Shown here in pieces: positions 25,516 through 35,149 of a DNA stretch of 41,024 bases. The translations under genes were made by a program, and so were the position numbers. Within the stretch, counting starts at the first letter, position 1, and each line of letters opens with the position of its first letter. The notes under the pieces were generated by a model, which worked only from the letters and a program-made list of their open reading frames with translations, did no database searches and was not told the origin of the DNA. Origin of the DNA: a virus (lineage: Duplodnaviria > Caudoviricetes); the IMG/VR virus record IMGVR_UViG_3300033402_000780, positions 1 through 41,024 of that record. One strand, 5' to 3'.

Positions 25516-27281
25516 TCGTTTTCCTCTTTCGTCAGGTCCCACAGGGCCGCATTGGCTGGGTGCATCCCGCGCGTGAGACTGCGGCCGGGTTTCACTTTCG
25601 GTTTGCCGGGCGCGGGCTTTGCGCCGGCCTTTGGCTTGGCGGGTTTTGCGGGCGACGTGGGCTTTTCGTCTTCCTCTTTAGGGGCCTCGCCGGTGGCATC
25701 TTCCGGCGTCTCATCTTCGTTATTGATTTCGCTTGTGCCCTGGCCGCGAATATCGGTGCCAAGCGCGATGCCTAAGTCGTCGGCAAGTTCCTGCTCACGC
25801 GCCAGTGACGTGTAGGTTTCTTCCAAGTCACGGCCCACGCTGTTGAGGATGCTTTCGTGCGTCTCAAAGCCGTTTTGCACGAGCAGGGTGTTGGCCTGTA
25901 CATCCTTCAATGGATCGATCCACGGCCAGCGGCGCGGCTCCCACTTGATGAATTCACCGCAGAACCGCTTGCGATCAGAAAAGGGCAGCGCAACAGCTTG
26001 ATTGAGAAGAGCAGCGCCGAGCCACGCATCGTAAATAGGCTCTGTCACGTTGTCGATAAACGAGGTCTGCATCTCCATCCAGAATTCGCGTACCTCCATC
26101 TCGCCGATGCGCGCGGAACTGTAATTGACGCCGCTCAGATCGTTGAACAGCGAGTGATAAGGGACGTTGAAACCGGATGAGACAAGACGGCCCGATTGCT
26201 TTGTGAAGGCGTCAAAGGCGTTGGTGGGATGTGTGGGCGTGTGATTGTTGAGGGTGGCCCCGGTGCCCGTGAGGTCAAGGGCGCTGCCGATGCCGATGTC
26301 GATAGCCTTGGAACCATCGGCGTTGACGCCGTCGCCTTCAATTTCATCGGCGTCGGGATCGGCGTCCTTGGCCGTCTCGATAGACATCATGATGGAAGCG
26401 CCGATGCGCGCGGCGGCCAGTTCCGCCTGGAAGTAGCCGTCAAGCATTCGCAATTGGCCCATGCCGGAAGCCATCCAAGGATAACCGCGCGTCTGGCCGG
26501 TGCGGTGGGCTATGACCCAGTGAATGATCTGATCGGCGGGAACGCGCACACGGTTGGAGCTACCGAACGACGCCTCGTAGGGGTTGCCCTGAAAGATGTG
26601 ATAAGCCAGCGGCTTTTGGTTGGCGTCCACCTCGACGCCCATGCGTATCTGTGTGCCATCAGCGCGGCCCATGAGGTTGTAATTGTCGTCAAGCTGATCG
26701 GCGTCGATCAGTTGTATCTGAAAGCCGAACGGGTTGACGGTTTTGGGCACGTAGACTTTGCGGATAAGCTGCTCTCCGTCGCGGCCTGTGTTCTCTGTGA
26801 TGAGCCGTTGCACCTCGCGCCATGAGTAGCGGCCACAGACGGTGCAGGAGCCTTTCTTGCCCCACTCACGCCACGCGCGGCGCAACTCATCATTGGCCTT
26901 TTCATCAAGTCCGTTGCTCTGTTTGCTCTTGCGCACCTGGGCAACCTTGAACGCCAGCTTGACGCCGTGGCGGCCGGCAACGTTGGCGCGCACCATGCCC
27001 AGGAACCGGGAAGCAATAGGCGAATTGATGGCCTGATCGCGGGCGCGGGCGCGGAGCTTGCGCAGATCGACCATTAAGTCCTGGTCGGCGGAGCGCGAGG
27101 CGGAGGGCCAATCGACACTCATCCGGTTTTGCTTTGCAGCCTGAAAGCCGGAGTATCCGTTGGAACCGCCGAGTTGAGCCAGGGTGGAATCGGAAGTGAG
27201 CGAACGCTTGCCAAGGAACACATCGATAGCGCCACGGAAGCGGGAAACGATGCTGCGATTGATGGGTTCAACGTGTGCCAT
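25512..27281 (-). CDS. Portal protein (lambda gpB family)
   Basis: LRARARD, QTRGYPW, DLSGVNYSSAR, WIDPLKD. Confidence 0.95.
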   Translation of the reverse strand: MAHVEPINRSIVSRFRGAIDVFLGKRSLTSDSTLAQLGGSNGYSGFQAAKQNRMSVDWPSASRSADQDLMVDLRKLRARARDQAINSPIASRFLGMVRANVAGRHGVKLAFKVAQVRKSKQSNGLDEKANDELRRAWREWGKKGSCTVCGRYSWREVQRLITENTGRDGEQLIRKVYVPKTVNPFGFQIQLIDADQLDDNYNLMGRADGTQIRMGVEVDANQKPLAYHIFQGNPYEASFGSSNRVRVPADQIIHWVIAHRTGQTRGYPWMASGMGQLRMLDGYFQAELAAARIGASIMMSIETAKDADPDADEIEGDGVNADGSKAIDIGIGSALDLTGTGATLNNHTPTHPTNAFDAFTKQSGRLVSSGFNVPYHSLFNDLSGVNYSSARIGEMEVREFWMEMQTSFIDNVTEPIYDAWLGAALLNQAVALPFSDRKRFCGEFIKWEPRRWPWIDPLKDVQANTLLVQNGFETHESILNSVGRDLEETYTSLAREQELADDLGIALGTDIRGQGTSEINNEDETPEDATGEAPKEEDEKPTSPAKPAKPKAGAKPAPGKPKVKPGRSLTRGMHPANAALWDLTKEENE

Positions 27282-27290
27282 GCGGCTCCC

Positions 27291-27935
27291 TTACAGACTC
27301 GTTGTGAAACGGAAACCAATTACGCGGCGCGGGGCATACTCACCCTTGGCGCGGAGTTCGGCTTTGTATTGTGCGCGCCAGAACGAACGCTCTTTGATGA
27401 GGTCGGCGCGGGGAAAGCGGCGGAGCTGGCGGCCGTTAATCATGTACTCAGAGACGCTGGGGTCGGTGTTGCCCAGGAGACACGCTTCAACGGCGTCAAG
27501 ATTTTTCTTGACGTTGGAGCGCGTATCCACGGGGCCGGTGGCGGCGGCCAGGTTCGGCGACACGCACACGTCTTGCAACGGCAAGGTGACTTGCTCACCG
27601 GCGGCCGTGGTGCCCGCAATGCCGATCAGGATGGCCGCAAGCTGATAGGTATCGGCCGGGCATCCGTTGGTGAGCGTTGCGGGCGCTTGAATATCGAAGG
27701 ATTGACCGTCGCTATCGGCGATAATGGGCGGGTTCGTGGCCAGCGTTCCATCGATCACAAAGCGGTTGTTCGCGCTGTTGAGGATGTACTTGAGCTGGTA
27801 GAGTCCGCTGGGGAAATCAGGGAACACGCGCATCCAATTCCATGAATCGCCGGCGCGGAGGTCGGTGGGCTCCAGCGGAATATCGGAATCATAGAATTGG
27901 TTGATCGGCGTAGCTGGATTGAGTAAGTTGCCCAT
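27291..27935 (-). CDS. gpW-like head completion protein with N-terminal extension
   Basis: C-terminal EYMINGRQLRR...DL; directly upstream of the portal. Confidence 0.7.
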   Translation of the reverse strand: MGNLLNPATPINQFYDSDIPLEPTDLRAGDSWNWMRVFPDFPSGLYQLKYILNSANNRFVIDGTLATNPPIIADSDGQSFDIQAPATLTNGCPADTYQLAAILIGIAGTTAAGEQVTLPLQDVCVSPNLAAATGPVDTRSNVKKNLDAVEACLLGNTDPSVSEYMINGRQLRRFPRADLIKERSFWRAQYKAELRAKGEYAPRRVIGFRFTTSL

Positions 27936-27977
27936 AACTTGACTATGGGCAACCTTGGCGATTTAGCGCGAATTTAG
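27933..27977 (-). promoter_or_regulatory. Late-promoter motif copy (gpW-portal), leaderless
   Basis: AATTCGCG-N19-CATAGT-N6-ATG. Confidence 0.65.
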
Positions 27978-27982
27978 AGCTT

Positions 27983-28633
27983 TTAAGCGTTGGCAAGCAT
28001 GGTTTGCGGGTCGCTGGGATCATCTTCAAAGCAGTTGCCGCAGATCAGCACGGCATCCGGCTTTGCCCAAGCGTTCTGTTCGCACGATGGGCATGTGAAC
28101 TTTGTCTTGCTTTCGTTCTTGGCCTTGGCCTCGGCGGCCATGGGCGCGGGCGACTCCCAGCGGAGCTTGAGGCCCTTGGCCTTGAGCTTGGCATAGGCGC
28201 GGGCGTAGGGACCATCCTTCACCACAAAGTGGGTGACGTGCTGGCCTGTCTCTTTGCCATCCGGACCACCCGTCGTGGTGGGCTGCAAGCCAATAGCTTT
28301 CATCTTCCCCGCCCACTCGCGGTCGTGATAGCAACGGCGCGGAGCGCGGCCGTGGGCTTGCTGCCACAGGTGAGCCATCTCGTGAGCCAGGGTAGAGAGA
28401 ATGCGCTCGTCTGTCTCATCACAGAAGCAATCGGGGTTGAGCGCAATCTCATGGATGGTGACTTTGTTCCCGCGTCCATGGAAGCGTTCCGGCGCGAAGT
28501 ATCCGCGCGCCTTGGCGTGACGCTGCAAGGTGACCAGCACTTGAGGGAGCGTGTCCGCAAAGAGCTGAGCGTTGAAGAAATCGAACGCGGCTTGAAAATC
28601 GAGGTACTGCTGCTCTGTGATCTTGTCTTTCAT
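27983..28633 (-). CDS. SprT-like zinc metalloprotease with C-terminal Zn finger
   Basis: FN..LF, HEMAH, YHDREW, CPSC...CGNC. Confidence 0.85.
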   Translation of the reverse strand: MKDKITEQQYLDFQAAFDFFNAQLFADTLPQVLVTLQRHAKARGYFAPERFHGRGNKVTIHEIALNPDCFCDETDERILSTLAHEMAHLWQQAHGRAPRRCYHDREWAGKMKAIGLQPTTTGGPDGKETGQHVTHFVVKDGPYARAYAKLKAKGLKLRWESPAPMAAEAKAKNESKTKFTCPSCEQNAWAKPDAVLICGNCFEDDPSDPQTMLANA

Positions 28634-28657
28634 CGTGCTCTCTCTTTCCTGATCTGT

Positions 28658-28675
28658 TTGTATCGTACGATGCAA
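28658..28675. promoter_or_regulatory. 18-bp palindromic operator, copy 2
   Basis: TTGTATCGTACGATGCAA. Confidence 0.65.
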
Positions 28676-28722
28676 TCATAGCTCGATATGTGACGGCGAG
28701 CACGATACCGAGTGATTTCTTT

Positions 28723-30777
28723 TTAGAGGGTCCGGCCAAAGTTGCGGAGCCGGGATGCTGCGGAGGGCCGCCGGCGCATGGGAGCGGGTTTAGCTGCCTG
28801 GGTAAGCACCTCTGCGAGTTTCACAGCGGTGTCGGCTGTCTTCTGTGCCCAATCGGACGGCGTTTCGCTTTCAACTGATTCCCCATCCGATCCGATGTAA
28901 TCCTCGGCGGGCGCGGGAGCCGGCATACCGGCGGCCTCGCGCTCAAGGCGAATCTTTTCCGCCGCGCGGAATAGGCTACGGGCTATCTTGCGGAAGTTTG
29001 GCCGGCGCACGGATACGGCGGCGCGGGCGTAGACGGCGCAATCGAGAGCCTCATTGCGTTCGCCGGTCTTAACCCAATTACCAACGGTCTGAAAGTCTTT
29101 TTTGGTGATGACGAACTTTTCCGCAGTGAGTTGACGGAAATACTCAGCATCGAGCGCATCACTGAAATGGGTATACTGCGAACCGGGATTGTGGACGCGC
29201 AACGATGTGAATACATCTTCCTTGGCGGTGTCAGTGCCCACGGTGTAGACCAGCGTTTTATATGGGCCGACGCGGTTTCCAGAGCTAATCAAGGGCTTGC
29301 CGATGCCGGCGCGGCCTACAATGGCGTGCCAGCGGCGCAACTCGTTTTTACGCGTGAATGCGTACACCCGTTCCGTGGCGTGGCCGGCGGAGTCAATGAG
29401 CGCGGTAGAGATGCGCATCGTAACGCCCAGGGCGTGTTCCCAGTCTTCCAACAGGTACTCACGGAGCGCGGCCCACGGGCTGGCCGGATCGGTTTCGGGC
29501 AACGATGTGTCACCGGGAAATACCTTGTGTTCGATGGACCATCGTTCATCGTCAAGGCCCCATCCCCACACCGTACATTCCAGGCGATTGTCCTGAGTAT
29601 CGACGCCGGCGGTGAGCCACAGAACGCCGGAGGGAAGCGGTTCGCGTGCGAAGCGCAGACGCTTTTCCAGCTCTGTCATGTTCGCGCCGGTGCCACGAAT
29701 CTCCCACGTCTCCGCGAGGTTCGTGTTCACAAAGACTTTCATCCGCTCAAGAGATGTCTGCGCTTCGAGCCACTCCTGAATGAGGTTCAACCAATCGACA
29801 ACGCCGTAGAGCGCATTGAGATGGAATCCGGCCGTCTTGCCGTCGTGACTCACGGCGGTGGCGCGCCACGATCCGCTGCGGATCATCTCATGCTTGGAGC
29901 GTTCGCGGATTTCACAACCGTTGACACAGACGTAGTACCAATCGACCACGCGCGGCCGTGAGTTCACGGCGATGTCTTCGGTTTTCCACTTGAGGCGCGG
30001 CCACTCCAGCTTTTGCATCTCACCGCATTGAGGGCACGGCACGTAGTAGTACCGTTTGTCGCTGGAGTCAAAGGCGCGCTCGATGCGGGATAGGTTCTTG
30101 ATATGCGGCGTCGAGGTGAGGACGATCTTGCGATTCCAAAACTTGGTGGATCGCTTTTTCGCAAGGTCAACCGGGTCGCCTTCCGTGCCGGCTGACTCCT
30201 CGTATCCATCTACCTCGTCCATGAGGATGACGCGCGCAGGAAGGCCGCGCAGACCCAGCGGGGAGTTCGCGCCGACTATGACAAGAACGCCGCCGGGGAA
30301 TTCTTTATTGAGCAGCGTGTTGCCGGAGTCCCGTGAGCGCGGCGAGGGAAACAGTTCGCGGAGCACGGGCGTATCGCGGATCATCTTGGCGATGCGGTTT
30401 TTGGAGAACTTCTCCGCCTCGGCCAGGGTGGGCTGTACGCACAGGATCGGCGACGGCTCCCAATGGCTGTAGTAGCCGATGGGGTTGAGGTTGGCGCACT
30501 GCGTTTTTCCGGACTGCGCGGCCAGCATCAAGACAACCGTCTCGGTGTCCTGATCGGTGATGGCGTCCATGATGCCGCGCTGATACTCCAGCGTGGAGGT
30601 GTGGAACTTTCCGGGAGCCGCTGAGTTTTCCTTGGGAATGTGGGCGTACTCATCCGCCCATTGGGAGAGGGTGAGGGGCGCGGGCGGCAAAAACATCTTG
30701 TGCGCCTTGTTGAAAGCGCGGCCCGTGGCGGCCATACCCTCGGGGCTGGTTTGGTAGGGCTGGCGGGGCCGGATCAT
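28723..30777 (-). CDS. Terminase large subunit (gpA family)
   Basis: AAQSGKT Walker A, DEVD, STP, GVDTQ, RNEALDC; ATGA overlap with terS. Confidence 0.95.
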   Translation of the reverse strand: MIRPRQPYQTSPEGMAATGRAFNKAHKMFLPPAPLTLSQWADEYAHIPKENSAAPGKFHTSTLEYQRGIMDAITDQDTETVVLMLAAQSGKTQCANLNPIGYYSHWEPSPILCVQPTLAEAEKFSKNRIAKMIRDTPVLRELFPSPRSRDSGNTLLNKEFPGGVLVIVGANSPLGLRGLPARVILMDEVDGYEESAGTEGDPVDLAKKRSTKFWNRKIVLTSTPHIKNLSRIERAFDSSDKRYYYVPCPQCGEMQKLEWPRLKWKTEDIAVNSRPRVVDWYYVCVNGCEIRERSKHEMIRSGSWRATAVSHDGKTAGFHLNALYGVVDWLNLIQEWLEAQTSLERMKVFVNTNLAETWEIRGTGANMTELEKRLRFAREPLPSGVLWLTAGVDTQDNRLECTVWGWGLDDERWSIEHKVFPGDTSLPETDPASPWAALREYLLEDWEHALGVTMRISTALIDSAGHATERVYAFTRKNELRRWHAIVGRAGIGKPLISSGNRVGPYKTLVYTVGTDTAKEDVFTSLRVHNPGSQYTHFSDALDAEYFRQLTAEKFVITKKDFQTVGNWVKTGERNEALDCAVYARAAVSVRRPNFRKIARSLFRAAEKIRLEREAAGMPAPAPAEDYIGSDGESVESETPSDWAQKTADTAVKLAEVLTQAAKPAPMRRRPSAASRLRNFGRTL

Positions 30778-31346
30778 TCCTCTTCCGATTCCGGCTCCTG
30801 GGCGCGGGCCTGGCGGATGGCATCGATGTTGGCCAGGTTGCTGAGCAGCGAACGGCAACTCCGGTCGATCAGGTTGAAAATCTTCTGACGATCATCCATG
30901 CCGATGAGCTGGGGAGCGAGGCCGGCGGGCAGGGCGAGGACTTGGGTTTGAATGGAGCGGTTGGAGTTGGCAAGAACGCGCTCCAGATCGGTAATGGCGA
31001 CAATCTGACCTTGTTCGCGGGCAAGTTGAAGCTCTTTCAGGTCCGCTTCGGCCATGGTTTTTCGCAAAATCGCCTCTTCCAGCGTCTCGGAAGGCAATTC
31101 GGAACCATCCTGGCCGGGATTCGGGCGGCGATTTCCGCCGTTTCCGCCGTTTTTGTCCGCCTGATAGGCCACGTACCACCGGAGCGTGGTGGGCCAGTCC
31201 AGCATCAGGCCGCGCGGATCGCTCTTGGACTGTAAGCCTTTGTCTTTGATCCAGTTGCGGACTTGCCGGTCAGTGACTCCAAGCAGCTCCGCAACGTCCG
31301 AAACGGGCAAGGCGGAGTAATTGCGCGGGTTTTCAGGCTTAGGCAT
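30774..31346 (-). CDS. Terminase small subunit (Nu1-like)
   Basis: wHTH VAELLGVTDRQVRNW; AEADLKEL...G; likely start ATG 31346. Confidence 0.9.
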   Translation of the reverse strand: MPKPENPRNYSALPVSDVAELLGVTDRQVRNWIKDKGLQSKSDPRGLMLDWPTTLRWYVAYQADKNGGNGGNRRPNPGQDGSELPSETLEEAILRKTMAEADLKELQLAREQGQIVAITDLERVLANSNRSIQTQVLALPAGLAPQLIGMDDRQKIFNLIDRSCRSLLSNLANIDAIRQARAQEPESEEE

Positions 31347-31386
31347 AGGCACGGAAACGGAAATGAGGTTAAAAATCCCTGGCGCT

Positions 31387-31441
31387 AGGGCACACGTGGG
31401 GCCATGCGTCACCCTCAGATGAGCCATACGGGGAAGGACCC
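31387..31441 (-). other. Candidate cos site (cosQ-like GGGTCCT plus imperfect dyad)
   Basis: GGGTCCT at 31435-31441, then AGGGTGACG-N10-CGTGTGCCCT just upstream of terS, as in lambda. Confidence 0.55.
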
Positions 31442-31658
31442 GCGAGGCTTGCCTCACTGATAGACCATCTCCGTGTGTGCTCACAACTGCTACGCTGTCA
31501 ATGGGTTACGCTTGTGATCCTCCAATAGAGTTGGCGGTTGGCCCTTTCGGGAATCTGGATATACAGGCAAAGCCTCACAGCGCACCGGCCCTCAAGCCGT
31601 CCCATCCCGCAACCGCCCTCTATCTCTGTGTTACCTGTGTGGCTCGAAACCGCGCCAA

Positions 31659-31913
31659 TTATGCAACCGCGTGCTCATTCGTCCGGGGTGGTTGGGGTGG
31701 TCCGGGCACGCGGGGATGGTAGATCAATCCTTGCGGATGGCATGGCACATCGAACTTTGTTCCATCGAAGCGCACATGCACATGACTGTCATAACAAGAC
31801 TTACGCACAATCACACCGTCTTTGGCTTTGCATCCAGGTTCGTTGAGGGTGACCCGTGTCCCAGGTTCTGCTGGCACGTTGTAATACCGCTTCACGTATT
31901 CGTAAGCCATCAT
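31659..31913 (-). CDS. Small hypothetical phage protein
   Basis: Starts directly after the int2 stop; YYNVPA..G.RV...V.FDG....CHP. Confidence 0.6.
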   Translation of the reverse strand: MMAYEYVKRYYNVPAEPGTRVTLNEPGCKAKDGVIVRKSCYDSHVHVRFDGTKFDVPCHPQGLIYHPRVPGPPQPPRTNEHAVA

Positions 31914-33083
31914 TTAGCCTTTCAGTGTGTCCAAGTAATCAGCCCATTGCTGCAACATCGCACTGCGTTGAGCTGCATACTGTGCGCGGTTGTAGATGCC
32001 GGCCACGCCTTTCTTGTTGTGGTTCAACGCCTTCTCAATCCAAGCCTCGTTGAACTCTTTCTCGGCCAGGTTGGTTGCCGCTGTTCTGCGTAGATCGTGA
32101 ACCGTAAAGTGTTCAATCTTCACAGGGATACGCTTGAGCGCCCGATTCAATGTGCTGGGCGCAAATGGCGTGTGCAACGCGCCGTGCATGGGGAACACAA
32201 CCGTTGCCGATGGATAGCGTTCCCGTTGCCGGCGCAACGCCTCAACCGCTTGCCGGCTCAACGGGATCACAAGCGCGGTATCCATTTTGCTGTGCTCTTC
32301 CGGCAACGCCCACTCTGCGCGCTCAAGATCGAACTCCACCCAACGCGCAAGCCGCAACTCGCTTTTGCGGACTAATGTCAACAAAATCAAGAGCAAAGCG
32401 TCTTTCAACTGCGGTTTGAGCCGGGCTGTTTCAAGGGCGCGCAGAAACAACCGAATCTCCGCCTCTTTGAGCGCCCGACTCCGTTCTGACTTCTCAGCAA
32501 CGTATTTCGCCTTTGGAATCATCACATCGGCGCTTTTGTCTGTGATTTCACACTCAACCGCGTAATCCCAGATCCGTTTGAAGATGTTGCGCAGAGCCAA
32601 CGCGGCTTGCGGGTGTTCGGCGTCCATCTTGCGCTCGATGATTTCCCGAAAGTCTTTCTTTTCAACGCTTGCCAATGGTTTTTTGCCGATCACCGGGTAA
32701 ATATCGCGGTTCAAATAGCGCCGGATCGGCTTCAAATCCTCACGCTTGCGGCTCACTTGCCGTGTCAACCACAGCTCCGCAAACCGTTCAAACGTCATGC
32801 CTTGAGACTGTTGCTCCGCGCGGCGCTGTTCTGCCGGGGATCGGCCTTCACGAACAGCCGCCAAAAGCACGTCGCGGCGCTGTCGTGCGTCCGCAAGGCT
32901 CAAGTGAGGGAATCGGCCCAGGTTGATCTTTGAGGGCCGTCCACGGAGCATATAGCGCCAACGCCACGCCATTAAACCGCTCGGGCTAACCTCCAGAGCC
33001 AAGCCGCGGCCGTCTGAAACCTCAAAGCGTTTCGCTTGAGGCTCCAATCCGCGAATCTTGGCAACTGAAAGGCTATTTCTCAT
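31914..33083 (-). CDS. Tyrosine integrase, P4/IntA type with arm-binding domain (int2)
   Basis: SDGRGLALEV.PSG..W.WRY N-terminus; LVRKSEL, HDLRRT, LNH and YN all intact. Confidence 0.93.
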   Translation of the reverse strand: MRNSLSVAKIRGLEPQAKRFEVSDGRGLALEVSPSGLMAWRWRYMLRGRPSKINLGRFPHLSLADARQRRDVLLAAVREGRSPAEQRRAEQQSQGMTFERFAELWLTRQVSRKREDLKPIRRYLNRDIYPVIGKKPLASVEKKDFREIIERKMDAEHPQAALALRNIFKRIWDYAVECEITDKSADVMIPKAKYVAEKSERSRALKEAEIRLFLRALETARLKPQLKDALLLILLTLVRKSELRLARWVEFDLERAEWALPEEHSKMDTALVIPLSRQAVEALRRQRERYPSATVVFPMHGALHTPFAPSTLNRALKRIPVKIEHFTVHDLRRTAATNLAEKEFNEAWIEKALNHNKKGVAGIYNRAQYAAQRSAMLQQWADYLDTLKG

Positions 33084-33085
33084 GT

Positions 33086-33109
33086 CCTGTAACCAAACCT
33101 GTAACCAAA
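33086..33109. repeat. Tandem 12-bp direct repeat, probable integrase arm-type sites
   Basis: CCTGTAACCAAA x2 immediately upstream of the int2 ATG. Confidence 0.7.
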
Positions 33110-33215
33110 CCCGAAAACCTAGCAAGAAAGTGTTTGTTTTCTAAAGCTGTCCACTTTCAGAGTGAGAAAATTCCCGAATTAAGGCAAGTCACGGTTCGGG
33201 TAGACTGAAAACGGC

Positions 33216-33291
<76 letters not shown>

Positions 33292-33298
33292 CGCCCAA

Positions 33299-33331
33299 AA
33301 GAGAAAGCCCAGCCGGATCCGGGCCTCTCTT
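33299..33331. terminator. Hairpin after the tRNA, between convergent units
   Basis: AAGAGAAAGCCC...GGGCCTCTCTT. Confidence 0.5.
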
Positions 33332-33352
33332 GGTAATCCTGCGTTCGCGACG

Positions 33353-33529
33353 TTACTCGCTGCGCTTCTCAGCATCGAGCTTCTTTTGCGTGATCTTTAC
33401 CCACGAATCGATGCACTCGACTTGAACGTCCTCATCAATGGCTTCCCAGTTGTGCCGGAATCCGCGCCGGTCGTTTTGGTCCTCTAGGATTGCATCTACG
33501 ATCTTCTGAGCTAACGACTTTTTCATCAT
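33353..33529 (-). CDS. 58-aa hypothetical protein (not in the ORF track)
   Basis: GGAGG SD; MMKKSLAQKIVDAILEDQNDRRGFRHNWEAIDED... Confidence 0.6.
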   Translation of the reverse strand: MMKKSLAQKIVDAILEDQNDRRGFRHNWEAIDEDVQVECIDSWVKITQKKLDAEKRSE

Positions 33530-33569
33530 TCCTCCGGTAACGTAACAGCGGCGAGATTATTTGTCTGTG

Positions 33570-34469
33570 TCACTTCGGGAACTCCAGCCACTCACGGCCA
33601 TCAAGTAGGTTACCGGCCGCTTTCTTGCCGACGTAGCTCATGCACCGCTCAAGTGGGATTCCGCGCGCCTTGGCAATGCTAGGATCGGTGGTTGGCATCC
33701 ATTCGCCCCATTGCTTGAAAAAGAACGGCACGCCGGCATGGGTGCATTGATCCCTCAAGCTACGCGCCCAATCGGCTTGCATCGGCCTCGCATCTGCGCC
33801 GCTCTCACCGCCCACGATTACCTGTCCGATAAATGGGCGTTCATTGATGCGCGCGGTTGTCAAATCAACAGCACAGTCATGTTGTGCAAGTTGGTTGGGG
33901 CCGGGCAGTTGAACTAACTGAAGATCGATTGCGCCAATCAGAGGCTCACAACTCACAAAGAACGGCAAGCACCCTCTCACTGTCAGCCGAAAATCGAGCG
34001 CAATCTTTGCGCGATCTTCCCACCGCTCCCGATCCTCCGCCGTGAATCCCAAGCGCACATGCGGCGGCCAGTTATCCAACCACTGCAATGGAAGCATTGC
34101 AATCCAGTTTTGTGGGCGCTTCGTGAGTAACAGAAACTCAAGATGGAGACACGCTTCAATCTCAGACCACAAACGCTCACGCGCTCCGTATGGTGCTTCA
34201 ACATCAAACACATCCGCGAGTGAAGCCACGAATACACGGCGTCTCACTCCATCGCGCTGTGCCTTGCGATCCCATTGCCTCAACTTCGCCCAGTTCGCAT
34301 CGGCCGTAACATGGCGCGTTGTGCCCGGCCCCCATCCTCCGCCGTTCCAATTCCACCGCTCGTTTTGCGTCTCCGCGTAGCAGTGCTGGCAGCCCGGCGA
34401 TACGCGCGTGCAGCCGATCCATGGATTGAACGTGTGATCGCACCACGCAATTTTCGTAACTTCGCCCAT
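33570..34469 (-). CDS. DUF5131 / phage Gp37-Gp68 radical-SAM-like protein
   Basis: TKIAWCDHTFNPWIGCTRVSPGCQHCYA, LLTKRP, SCEPL, GGESG, FFFKQWG. Confidence 0.92.
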   Translation of the reverse strand: MGEVTKIAWCDHTFNPWIGCTRVSPGCQHCYAETQNERWNWNGGGWGPGTTRHVTADANWAKLRQWDRKAQRDGVRRRVFVASLADVFDVEAPYGARERLWSEIEACLHLEFLLLTKRPQNWIAMLPLQWLDNWPPHVRLGFTAEDRERWEDRAKIALDFRLTVRGCLPFFVSCEPLIGAIDLQLVQLPGPNQLAQHDCAVDLTTARINERPFIGQVIVGGESGADARPMQADWARSLRDQCTHAGVPFFFKQWGEWMPTTDPSIAKARGIPLERCMSYVGKKAAGNLLDGREWLEFPK

Positions 34470-35149
34470 CACTCACCCTCTTTCACGCGGCGCAAGCTCA
34501 GCGCCCACAGCCACGGGTTTTTGTCCCATCCAAATCCGCGTTTCGCGTTGAGGGAATCCCAAAGTTTGGCAAATGAAGTGCGGGCATTTGCATATACAAA
34601 GCCGTGGTTTATGTCATGCCTCCATCCGCTGTGACCGATGCCGCCGCCGTCATGGAATAGAGCGCCCTCGGCCTGTGCATCTTCCTCTGTGATTTCCTGC
34701 AACCGTTGCACCCGCACATTGGTAATCTCAAGCGTGATGCGAGAAAACCTGCGGAACATGAAAATCGACGGCCGCCATTTCGCACCATTGAGCAACGTTC
34801 CGCCGTCTGCGGCATACACGCACTGTTCGGGGCCTTCGGTCATTCCCTCTGACGTGTAGGTTTTGCAGCGCCACGCGAAGTATGTTTCTTTCACCCACAG
34901 CCGGTCGCCCACTTCTCCGAATGGGCAGACAAGAAGATGCTTCAAACTTTCAGCCGTCCAAGGAACACGAATGATGCTCTTCTCACCCACCGTGTCGTAT
35001 CCGTCAGGTCCGAAGCAATTGCGGCTTTGTTCTCTGTTGCCTACCGTGTCAAAGTTGATTACGCGCCGCGTGTTCGTCTTGCGATCCTCAAGGAATGCGC
35101 GGACCATCGGACCGCTGAATAGAATCGGCCTCTCTTTCACTTCACCCAT
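34469..35149 (-). CDS. ASCH/PUA-like phage protein
   Basis: RPILFSGPMVRA..RKT.TRR, GDRLWVKET, WRPSI.M, RLQEI. Confidence 0.8.
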   Translation of the reverse strand: MGEVKERPILFSGPMVRAFLEDRKTNTRRVINFDTVGNREQSRNCFGPDGYDTVGEKSIIRVPWTAESLKHLLVCPFGEVGDRLWVKETYFAWRCKTYTSEGMTEGPEQCVYAADGGTLLNGAKWRPSIFMFRRFSRITLEITNVRVQRLQEITEEDAQAEGALFHDGGGIGHSGWRHDINHGFVYANARTSFAKLWDSLNAKRGFGWDKNPWLWALSLRRVKEGE

